Positions 25,379 through 36,447 of a stretch of DNA of 64,000 bases are shown one piece after another. The number at the start of each line of letters is the position of its first letter. The stretch's first letter is position 1. A model generated the notes under the pieces. It saw only the letters and a program-made list of their open reading frames with translations. It did no database searches and had not been told where the DNA came from. The stretch comes from Squalus acanthias (lineage: Eukaryota): positions 43,340,001 through 43,404,000 of the forward strand of contig CM059432.1 in assembly GCA_030390025.1 (NCBI GenBank), given 5' to 3'. A program made the position numbers and the translations under genes.

Positions 25379-28300
25379 TGTGATATCTTGAGACACAGCA
25401 TGTATATACAACAGCACAACATGGCTTCCAGTAAGAACTGTACTGCACATGGCTTTATTATTATATACATCAGTAGTCCACCAGGTGGCTCTATTACACT
25501 TCTCCCTCCTTATTGAAGAAGTTAATCATAACAAATAATCATTGTACATGACTTGCATGGTATACACAACTCTTGGTATACATTTCTCAAATGGAACCCA
25601 TTTTATGTTTACAAATTCTACTATAGAATTCTGTAACACAAACAAAAGATATGAACTTATTTTCCATATTTACAGATTGAACTTAACCACTGGTTATCTG
25701 TTTCAAAGAGGATACCTTCTTTCTTGAACAGAACTTTCGGATCTTGTTGTAGGAGTTTGATTCATTCTAGGCTGAGCCTGCGGAGAATTTTTCTCCAAGG
25801 GCTGACCTTGATCTACATTTGGACTCTTTACACTTTCAGACTGTTTGTCTGCCTGACTCAGGCTCAGACTTAAATTCTAACTTTGTCTTGGACTTGTTTC
25901 TGGTACATCTGATGTAGAATTTGTTACTGGTACTCTACTTGTAACAAGATTATCTGACTCATCAGAATAAATTGAATCATCCCAACTTTCAACTCCTTCT
26001 ACATCTGTAGGTAAGATATGATCAATGTGAACAAACCTAACCTTTCCATGATCAAACATCTTGACCAAATATGTGCGAGGGCCACGTATCTTCACTACTC
26101 TTCCTGGGAACCACTTTAACCATTTATGGTGATGGTTCTTCACTCTAATCTTCTGGTTCAACTTCACACTTCTCTCTCTAACTCTACCTTTATCATGACT
26201 CTCTTTCTGCCTTGATTGTTTCTCTTCTACGGATTGTGCCAAGTTTGGCTTTAACAACGAGAACCTGGTTCATGGCTGTCGTTTGAGAAACAACTCTGTT
26301 GGTTTTCTACCAGTAGTGGTATGAGAAGTATTCCAATAGGTAATCAGAAAATTTGCCAGTTTGTGGTCCAATGACAACTGACGTTTCTTTGGATTTGGAT
26401 CCAACATTTGCTTGATGAGGGCACGTTTGACAATTTGTACTGTGCGCTCTGCTGCACCATTTGAAGCAGGGTGGTACGGTGGAACTTTGGTATGTTTCAC
26501 ACCATTTCTGCTCATGAACTGTGTGAACTCTTCTGAACAAAATTGCGGCCCATTATCAGACACAATTTCTTCTGGGAGGCCGTATGAAGAAAACTCTTCA
26601 CAAATTATCTAGTGTTTTGCTTGTTGTTATTATCCGCATCGGAAACACCTCTACCCACTTCGAGTGACTATCCATCACTATGAACAATTGCTGACCTTCT
26701 AGCTCAGCAAAATCTACATGTAACCTCTGCCACACTCTAGGAGGCCATTTCCATGGCTGTAATGGTACTGATGGTGGTTTCTTGCTCACCGATTGACATG
26801 TTGTACACTGACTGACTATGTACTCTATCTCTTTATCTAAACCTGGCCACCGTAAGTAACTGCATGCAAAACTCTTGGTCAAGCACATTCCCAGATGCTG
26901 GTCATGAAGATCTCCTAACAATTTAGACCTGAACCTATTTGGGATAACCACTCTTGCTGCCCACATGATACAATCTTTATCCACTGACAATTCATTCCTA
27001 CGAACGAAGTATGGATGTATATCTTCCTCTGATACCTGGTTTGGCCTCCATTTGCAATGTAATCATATACCTTTGACATAATTGGGTCACGTTTGGTTGC
27101 CCTACTAATCTCTTCAGCTGTGACTGGCAGCTCATCCATGTGTGAAATAGAACACTTCTTCCTTATTGGGTGTAACTTGTGATGGGGATGGCAATGTGGA
27201 CATAGCATCTGCATTACTGTGATCAGCTGATCGTCTGTACTCAATGTCATACATATACACAGACAAAACCTAAGCCCACCTCTGCATTCGGGCTGCAGCT
27301 AAGGTTGGAACTGGGGACTTTGGATGGAGGATTGCTATCAGGGGCTTATGGTCAGTAACTATGGTAAATTTACGACCAAACAAGTATTTGTGAAACTTCT
27401 TGACCCCAAAAATCAATGACAAAGATTCCCTTTCAATCTGCACATAATTCCGCTCACTGGCCCTGAGAGTATGTAAAGCAAAAGCAACTAGTCTCTCCTC
27501 CCCAATATCTAGTACATGAGAGATCACTGCCCCAACTCCATAAGGAGAGGTGTCACACGCTAACTTGATCTCCTTAGATACATCATAGTGAACCAACATG
27601 GTACTCTCTACTAACTGACTTTTACGCTCTTTGAATGCTGTGTTGCATTCTTTTGACCACTTCCAAGGGACCTGTTTTCTCAACAGCTCATTCAGTGGAT
27701 GTAACAATGTAGCCAAGTTTAGAAGGAACTTTCCATAATAATTCAAAAGACCCAAAAATGATCGAAGTTCAGAGACATTCTTGGGAGTGGGTGCACTTCT
27801 GATTGCATCCAGCTTTCCCTTGGTTGGATGTCTACTCTGTGGCCTAAGTACTCCACTGAGTTTTGAAACAACTCACACTTGTGAGCTGTCACTCATACTC
27901 CGTGCTTCTCTAGCTGTTTGAGCACTTCATTCAACACCTCATCATGGATTTGCCTGTTTGGTGCTGAAATGAGTATGTCATCCAAATAACACACTACCCT
28001 TCAATCCCTAGCAAAATTTGTTTCATCACCCCCTGGAATATGTCGGGGGCAGAAGACACTCCAAATGGTAGCCTATTGAACTGATATAGGCGTCGGTGAG
28101 TATTTATAGTCAAGCATGACTTGAACTCTTCATCTAACTCAAGTTGTAGGTAGACATTTGTTAGATCTAACTTCGAAAAGATCTGGCCATCTGTCAGCGT
28201 TGTGAACAAATCTTCCACATTTGGCAACGTATTGGGTAGATTACACTCTAGAACCTGGTTTACGGTTACCTTATAATCACCACACAACCATACCTTACCA

Positions 28301-30076
28301 TCTGACTTAGGTACAACAACAATGGGTGTAGCTCAATTACTCAGATCTACCTTAGAGATAATGTTGTCAGTTTCTAGTCTTTTGAGTTCTTGCTCAACTT
28401 TCTCCTTGAGTGCGTATGGTACAGGACGTGGCTTGCAGTAAACTGGTCTTGCGTCCTTCTGCGCTCTGACACTCTCATTGAAGTCTTGGATCGGACTGCC
28501 CGTTTCGCTGAACACCTTCGGATACTGCTTGATGACATCATTTTTCGATGCAAAGTTCGCTTCCACACGAAAAATCTAATTCCAATCCAGCTTCAGTGAT
28601 CCCAACCAATTTCTACCTATCAAGGCAGGCTTGTCTCCTGCCACTAATATGAGAGGCAAGCTCTGACACTGATCCTTGTATTTCACTGACATGGTGACAC
28701 TTCCTACTACAGGGATTTGCTCTCCTGAGTAGCCTTGCAGCTTTACCTTCGATTTCTCTAGTCGATAATCATGCAACTTGTCGCGATATAGTGATTCCGG
28801 TATTTTGTCACGGATGCACCAGTGTCGATTTCCATGAGTATCCTGGTTCCTGCGACATCTACTTGGATGACGATACCTCGTGAATCGCTGTTAGATACCT
28901 TCGTGCTCCTGATGACGTGAATCTCCAGAAACTCCTCGTCCTGCTGCTTCTCTTCGACGGTATGTAGTGTCTGGTGATATCTACTTCTAGCATTGCCAGT
29001 CGGTTTACTCTTCTGTCGGCACGCCTTCACAAGATGCCCAGTTTTCTTGCAGTAGAAACACTCTGCCTTCATATATGGACAGCTTTGTGCAATGTGTTGT
29101 CCCAGGCACCAATAGCACAATTTCAATGCACTGTTATCTTGGCCAGTTGCTGAGGCCTTGGGACCCAACTGCCTTTTACTTTTAGCCTGCAGCCGATTCA
29201 CCTCAGTTGTCTGATGACTGGAAATGGCGCGGAACTCTCGAGAGTATCAGTCCGCCATATCCATTGACATAGCTGTCTGACAAGCTAAGTCAAAAGTCAA
29301 GTTAGGGGTTGTCAACAATTTACTTCTGATACGTTCATTTTTCAACCCACAAACAAAGTGGTCACGCAAAGCTCGGTCCTGAAAGTTTCCAAAATGACAG
29401 TGAATGGATAGCTTTTTTAAAGCTACAATGATACTGATACCCTCATCATTTAATTGATCACGTGTTCCAAAACGATAACTTTCAGCAATTTCCAGGGGCT
29501 CAGGACGGTAGTGCTGTTTTAACTTGGTTAGAATCTCCTTCAGTGGCGTGTCCTTCAGCTTGGAAGGAACAAGCAAATTTTTTAGAGTTTCATACACCTG
29601 CTTCAGTCAAAAAAAAGCCCGTTTCATTTCTAAAACCGCCCGGTTATGGTTTACATCATCGGGGACTTCGACAATACTATTCACAGTGAAAAACATTTCT
29701 AGCCGCTTCACGTACGCTCCGAAAGTCTCTCGGTTGCGATGGAACTCACCCAAGCGCCCTATTATTCCCATAGGCGCGGCCATCTGGAATCTGGCAATGT
29801 CGACAGTTCAGCCACGTGTGCTCGAAATTTACCTCGGATTTTTAAATTTTTCTGCAAAACAAAGAACCTCTAACAGTCCCTCCGTCGATTGGCAGGATTA
29901 TCCTCCAACAAAAATTTCAGCTAGGGAATCCACAATCATATCCTCATCACCAATTCTGTGATATCTTGAGACAAGGCATATATAAACAATAGCTCAACAT
30001 GGCTTCCGGTAAGAACTGTACTGCATATGGCTTTATTATTATATACATCAATAGTCCACCAAGTGGCTCTATTACA
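25379..30076 (-). mobile_element. Decayed Ty3/Gypsy LTR retrotransposon (Mag-like) with 120-bp LTRs
   Basis: LTRs at 25379-25498 and 29957-30076 (TG...CA), TSD CCATA/CCAGA, PBS TGGTGATGAGGAT, PPT AAGGAGGGAGAAG. Fragmented gag (CFYCKKTGH), PR (EIDTGAS), RT (CGDYKVTVN), RH and IN (SDNGPQF, SNGAAERTV). Confidence 0.92.
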
Positions 30077-30977
30077 CCAGAGTCAGAAACACAGGAGCAA
30101 TCCATCAAGCATTTACTTATACTTACGGTTGAATGTAATTTCAAAAAAGGTTCCTCAATATTTCTGTAAAGCATATCAATTGCATACCAAATGATGTAGT
30201 TGCTTCAGCATATTTCAAAAGTGCATTTGTACTGTGGTTTCTCTATTGCAACCTGATTATAGGGCATAGACTGAAAGGTTACTGAAGCATTCTGTCACTG
30301 AGTAGAACATTTTTTCAAACCCATTAGGCTGCAATCTGGCTTGAAGTAGCTTTAAAGACTTGTTTCCAATAGCAGTTCTGAAAGGAGTGCAACATTTTAA
30401 TTTGAGGTTGCTAATACTGTACTGGAATTCTACTACTGATAAATGGTATTGCTCTATATATGTGTCTGTAAGAGTTGTTTTTTAATCAATTAAAATAAAA
30501 TGGGGAGCTCCCCTCATAGCTTGATGAGTTAATGCTTCACATAATGTGGTTCTGATCCATGCCAACCAGTATGGTTCCAGGGTTAGTATTTGATCTATGC
30601 TGTGGTACACCACAGTTTGCCTCAGTGCCCCCAGATGAGAAAGGTGAAAAATCAGCCTGCGTTCCCACTCCTGTCCAGTGAACCATGCTAAATAAAGCAC
30701 AAGTGTAAACATTGAGTGAGGATTCGGTTTGGTTCTGATGCCTTCTGTGGTTGAATATCCTGACACTCACCCTGCTGGCTTCACACTTGCCCCATAGCTG
30801 TTAAAATAAGCACTTAAGAATTTGATTCATAGCGCTTCACTGCACCACTTTCAGGGTTTGGATGCTTCCCTTGTGTATCCGCGACCAGAACTGTATGCAG
30901 TTCAAAATATGGTCTAAACAAAGCACAAAATGGCCTCAGCATGACGGTCTCAGAGTTAAACTTGATTGATTTACAAT

Positions 30978-31735
30978 GGCCCAGAAATTAAACAGTGAGT
31001 GTTCGCGCGGGGTAAGGCTTCCCCGCGATATCTCACTCTGCGCCTACCTTTTTCCTCCGGGCCCACACGAACTTTAGTTTCAAGGCCAGTCCCACATGCA
31101 GCTGTGCAGTGCTTGCGTGACCCAGAGACGCAATTAGTTTGTGCGAGCTCTGGGATCACGTGATTCAGTTAGAGCCAATGGCAGCACACCATCTTTCATT
31201 CATAGTTTTCACAGCAAGAGCTGTCAAAGCTATGAATCCTACACACCCCCAAAAGAACAGCTAAACCTCAATTAAATTTAAAAAAGCCATCACATTAATA
31301 AAATAAGTATAGTTAAATAAATTAACCACTTTAAACAAAAAATTAAATTTTTCAAAATTTTTTTAAATCTTTTTAAAAGTTATAAAAATAAACTTACCTT
31401 TCTTTAAAGTCTCTAAAAAAGATAAACCTGTTGAAAAAAATGTAAAATAATACTTAATTAACTACTTACCTTGTTAAAAGAGGGTCTTACGCCTCCTTTC
31501 TTCATGTATAAAATCTTCCATGCTTACCTGCGCGTTCAAAGCTGCAAAAATAACTAAGTGCACTGCGTGCGCGCAGCCTGTAGCGCGCACGCGGTTCACT
31601 TAGGAACCGCCCCCTTTTGAATTCACGAAGTGCCGGTTTCCCGCGCATGCGCAGTGCATGCAGGAAACCGGCAATTGGAGACCTAAAACGCGAGAGTACA
31701 CAGTACTCTCGCGTATTAGGTCTAATTTTCGGGCC
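30978..31735. mobile_element. Harbinger-type MITE inserted in an old minus-strand CR1 fragment
   Basis: TIRs (GGCCCAGAAATTA / TAATTTTCGGGCC) and TSD AAT/ATT. The flanks carry CR1-like text (CRAAINKANRML). Confidence 0.7.
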
Positions 31736-32019
31736 ATTATAGCTCAGCATTCTGTTTGCTTTGTTAATTGCTGCTCTGCAATGATTGGACATGCTCAGAA
31801 TCTACTACCACTCCCAGATATATTTCAGCCTCTCCCTCAGTTAGTTTGACACCATTCATTAAGCAAGCATGTCTCCCATTTTTTTTTCCAATGTGTAAGA
31901 CTTTGGACTTAGTTGCATTGAATTTCATTTGCCACTGTTCTGCAGACCTAATTCTTCATCAAACTCTACTGCCCCTAAAGTTTATTTTGTGAATTCTGTG
32001 AATTTAAATGATTTACATT

Positions 32020-32619
32020 AGGGGGAATTTTAACTGGGAGCCGGATACGAGTGGAGTGAGTGCCAAATACACATGACATTGGAAGCGTAAGGCCCGAGCA
32101 AATTTAACTCCCAGGCCTCATCTGCATGTCGTTGATCAACTGCTCGCCCAAAACGGTGATGAAGCGGGAGCTACATCTCGGGTGGCAGGAGGACACTGGT
32201 TAGCATCAAAGGAAGGCTCGCCGGCAAGAAGGTAAGTCGCAGGGTGGAGGGTTTGAGAGCACATCTGCTGCTCTTGGCCCCACAAGGAAAGTAAAAAAAA
32301 AACGTATTTTCAATGGCCTCTTCTGGTCGCAGATCCTCTTCCCGCGGTCTTCACCTGGCGGGAAAGCTGCAGCAACTTGTCCACTCAAGCCAGAGTTAAC
32401 ATTTCAGTCGGGCCCGATGATGTGATCGAATCCGGATCTACTTATTTAAAAGAGGACCCCGCTGGCTTCAGGAAGGTTCCTTTGCCACCTGCTCAGAAGA
32501 ATAGCTTACAATGGAAGATGGGAGGTTCCCGGCGGAATGTCAGTCGGTAAGTCATCCAGTCAAATTTAACTGCCTACCCTCCCAGTTTCTGCCAGATGAG
32601 AATGGTTAAAATCACCCCC
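32020..32619. mobile_element. Harbinger-type MITE
   Basis: TIR-like ends (AGGGGGAATTTTAAC / GTTAAAATCACCCCC) and TSD ATT. Confidence 0.65.
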
Positions 32620-33154
32620 ATTGTATTTCTGAATCCAGGTCATTTATGCAGATTAACTACATTAGGGGTCCCAGCACCCATTCGTGCTGCACGCCATTCA
32701 GTACGTCTCCACAGTCAGACATCACTCCCCTAACCAGTACCTGTTGTTTCCACTCTTTCAACTAATTACATATCCACCTCCAAGTTTCACTTAGAATACT
32801 TAGGGGGAAAAAGCGCCCCGTTTGGGGCGCAAATATCGTCCGGGTGCAAAAATTAGCGCCTGGCGCTAATTATCGCCACTGACTGGAAACTTCACTTTTA
32901 ACGCCCCAGGAGGTGAGTGGAGCGCTAAATCAGGCGCTGCACACCTGTCTTAAGGCACAAAGGCCGAGCAGTGAGGCGCTAACTCAGCGCGCGAGCGCAG
33001 CGCAGGTGCTGCCAGTTAGCGAGGGAACACAGACACACTGGCGCCAGCCAGTTCTTAAAGGGGGGGGGGGCATCTTGCTCCCCAGCCACACCCTGCTCAT
33101 TGCAGCATTGAATCTCGGCCTGGAGAGACCTGTGAATCCATTTTGCTGCCAAGG

Positions 33155-34974
33155 ATGGAGAGGGTGAGAGAACGAGCTCAGCGCTTCACCGAGCGGGCCT
33201 TGGATGCTCTGGTTGGTGCGGTGGAGCGCAGAAGATCTATACTCTTCCCTGAGAGTGGCAGGAGGCCTTTGCCACGCGAGTACAGAAGAGTGTGGAGGGA
33301 GGTGGCTCAGAGCGTCTCCTCCAGGAGCATGGTGCCCAGGACCCATGTTCAATGCCGCAAAAAGTTCAACGACCTCACTCGGGTCGTCAGGGTGAGTGGC
33401 TTTTTCTCAATACCTCTCCATCCCTCCATCTCAACCTCACTCTATGGCCAGAGGGTCTTAAAACCCCAATGCACAACACTCATCCAACACCTATGGCCCT
33501 TTCATGAAACACACACACACATTCCACACTTTGCATACAGTAAGGGCTATTCACCTATGGGAGGCACATCAGGCAAGACCATGGCTGTATACAGTAAGGG
33601 CTATTCACCTATGGGAGGCACATCAGGCAAGACCATGGCTGTATATTTACTCAGATGCTGTCCTTTTTCTTGCAGACCAAGCTGGCGCATAATAGGAGAC
33701 AGCAGCAATGGACAGGTGGAGGGCGGCCTCAGCTGCAACCCCTCAGCGATCTTGAGGAGCGCGTCCACAGGATTGTGGCAAGCCGGGTGATCGGTCCCGT
33801 CGCCACTGGAGACGCCGACCCCGTTCTGGACAGCAATGGTAAGGTCATCACCTTTTTGTCCTCTGTCCTTCCACTTGTCCCTCACAACACCAGCCTTTGA
33901 CACTTTCAATCCAACTTACTAACTCGCTGCACTTATTCCTCCCTTACTGCCACCCTGTCCTCATGCTAAAGCCACTCTTGTACCTCCCTGCTTTCAGATG
34001 GTGATTCACCAGCTGAGGAGACGGGCCCTGAAGCTGCCAGTGGGAGTGAAGCTGCAGCCGAGGAGGAAGAGGAAGCCGGAGCATCAGTGCCACCCTCTCC
34101 CGAGGAAGCCCATACCCACACTGGGAACACGCCTTCCCTGGATGGGAGCAGGGGGGAAGGGTCTGATGAGGGTGAAGCTCCAGGACCCAGCGGGCTGCAG
34201 CAACGCCATGGGGGTAGGGAAGAACGGGGGCCTTCTCCCCAGAGGGAGAGTATGCCAGCGACTCCTACTGCAATGGACGCAGAGGAGGAGCGGCTGATCA
34301 CAGAAATGAACACCCAGGCGGTGGGCATGCACACTGAGCTCATGGGTGCAGTGGGAAGGGTGCCCGAATGCATTGAGTCACTGGCAAGGAGTGTGGAGCA
34401 CTTCGCTGTAGCACGGGCGGATGCCACACTAACGCTTAGTGCTGCAATTCAGTCACTGACTGCCGTGATCTCATCTCTGACTGCTCTCATGCAGACTCAG
34501 ATTGAGGCCACGCGAGCACTGACTGCTGCCATCCTCGATGGTTCGTTCATATTTCCCCGGGGCTCTCACCGCGCCGCAGCAGGCCAGCAATCTGTGCTCC
34601 AGCAGATTGCTCCGGATGCTGAAGTGCTGCCCCGTGGGAGTGCCAGTGTGTCGGTCGAGCAGGGAGTTGCTGTCCTCTCTCACGGTGACAGCATTCCTGC
34701 TGCCAACACTGTCACTTCTCCACTGCACTTGCCACCGCCTGTAGGAGAGACTGCTGCCGCCCATGCAGAGTTGGTGCAGTCTGCAGCCGGGCCCTCCAGG
34801 CCCAGAACTGGTCGAGGCCGTCATTCAGGGGCATCTGCAGTGTCAGGGTCTGACAATCAGCAGCCTTCCACCAGCCTTGCTGCAGCCACTGAGGTCCCAT
34901 TACGGAGGAGCAGTAGGGTTAGAAGGGGGGAAGTGCGCAAGGGAAGGAGATCACCCTCGAAGGGCAAAAAGTAG
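33155..34974 (+). CDS. Harbinger Myb/SANT-like DNA-binding protein, 3 exons (33155-33391, 33676-33838, 33998-34974), ~458 aa
   Basis: Exon 1 reads RFTERALDALV...WREVAQSV...RTHVQCRKKFNDL. Donors GTGAGT and GTAAGG and pyrimidine-rich CAG acceptors join in frame (phases 0 and 1) with no stop. The C-terminus is basic. Confidence 0.85.
33535..33642 (+). repeat. Perfect 54-bp tandem duplication in Myb intron 1
   Basis: ATACAGTAAGGGCTATTCACCTATGGGAGGCACATCAGGCAAGACCATGGCTGT twice. Confidence 0.9.
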
Positions 34975-35286
34975 GAGGTGTGACAAAATGCTGGTCATTT
35001 TTTTATTAAAGGCCAAGGTTCGTGGTCCAACTTTTGTCTAGTGTTTTGGACATTATCTCCAGGTTGTGAGAACCAGTTATGTTAATGACTGTTTTTTTGT
35101 GTTTATTTCTATGAGTTTGTCATGAGGAAATGACACACACAGAGTTTGTAAAATAAATAAGTTTTTGTATTCAAAATATACATGTTTGGTGTTTGGAATC
35201 ATTGGTGCCTTGGCCGGCTTAGGGGTTGCGTGCTGGGTTCATTGATGTTGTTAGCAATGACAGAAGCCATTTCCACAGCAGGGGCC

Positions 35287-36447
35287 CTAGAAGCGGCTTG
35301 CTATCAGCCGATGACGGACGGCCCTTGCAGTTTCACCATTGTGGGCCGCCCTCCCGCCTTGGTGCTGCTGATGATCATCCTCCTCATCCTCTTCCTCCTC
35401 TTCCTCCTCCTCCTCTGGTGGTGCTCCAAGGCCTGGTGGCATTGGCTGGGTCCTGACGATTGCCATGTTATGCAACATGCAGCACACAACTACGAAGTTG
35501 GATACTCGCCCAGGCGAGTACTGCAGGGCTCCTCCAGAATGGTCGAGACAGCGGAACCGTTGCTTCAGCACGCCGATTGTGCGCTCAATGATGTTCCTGT
35601 TAGCTTGATGGCTCTCGTTGTACCGCAGCTCAGCAGGGGTGTTGGGCGTACGGAGCGGTGTCATCAGCCAGGTGCTCAATGGATACCCCTTGTCCCCAAG
35701 AAGCCAACCAACTGGCTGATGCGGTGCCTCGAAAAGTTCTGCCACAGTAGTCTGGCGCAGGATGAAAGCATCGTGGCAGCTGCCAGGATAGTGGGCATTG
35801 ACAGCGAGTATCAGCTGTCTGTGGTCACAGACCAACTGAACATTCAAGGAATGGAACCCCTTTCTGTTCCGGAAATCCTCGGCATTCTCATGTGGAGTAC
35901 GCAAAGCCACATGCGTGCAGTCAATGTCGCCCTGCACCATGGGGAAGCCCGCTATCCTCGCAAAGCCCAGAGCGCGGTCACACTGCTTGTCTAGGGTCAT
36001 GGGGAAAGAGATGAACTCTCGTCTCCTTTTAAAGAGGGCATTTGTGACCTGCCGGATGCAGCAATGCACCGCGAACTGGGAGATATTGGCGAGGTCCCCA
36101 GCAGCAGCTTGAAATGAGCCAGTAGCATAGAAGTTGAGAGCCACTGTGACCTTCACTGCCACCGACAGAGACGTCCTGGACCTCAGTTGAGGCTGCAGAT
36201 CTGGCTGCAGCAGGTGGCAGAGCTCAGTGACCACCTCCTTGCTGAATCGCAGCCTTCGCAAACACAGCTCCTCAGACATATGAATGTAGGAGAGCTGTTC
36301 ACGATATACCCTGGGAGGGTAAGCTCTCCTGTACAGACGCCTGTTGGCCCTCCTCCGTCTGGCCATCATTGCCACTCTCTCTCTGCGTCTCTGTGTCCTC
36401 CGATTCAGCTGGAGCAGGACGACGCCCCCATTCAGTGCAGCCCCCAT
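35287..36447 (-). CDS. Harbinger DDE transposase (HARBI1-like), ~386 aa
   Basis: Uninterrupted ORF with IDCTHV, NRKGFHSLNVQ, PGSCHDAFIL, LLGDKGY, IERTIGVLKQRFRCL and CCMLHN. Likely ATG at 36447. Confidence 0.93.
   Translation of the reverse strand: MGAALNGGVVLLQLNRRTQRRRERVAMMARRRRANRRLYRRAYPPRVYREQLSYIHMSEELCLRRLRFSKEVVTELCHLLQPDLQPQLRSRTSLSVAVKVTVALNFYATGSFQAAAGDLANISQFAVHCCIRQVTNALFKRRREFISFPMTLDKQCDRALGFARIAGFPMVQGDIDCTHVALRTPHENAEDFRNRKGFHSLNVQLVCDHRQLILAVNAHYPGSCHDAFILRQTTVAELFEAPHQPVGWLLGDKGYPLSTWLMTPLRTPNTPAELRYNESHQANRNIIERTIGVLKQRFRCLDHSGGALQYSPGRVSNFVVVCCMLHNMAIVRTQPMPPGLGAPPEEEEEEEEEDEEDDHQQHQGGRAAHNGETARAVRHRLIASRF

Noticed and set aside
35182..35994. 270-aa plus-strand ORF with a hydrophobic stretch
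   Set aside because: It is the antisense shadow of the transposase. The Leu/Phe run is the complement of the poly-Glu codons.
35287..36447. Domesticated host HARBI1 gene
   Set aside because: It lies within TIRs and a TSD next to a Myb partner gene, so it is a transposon copy.
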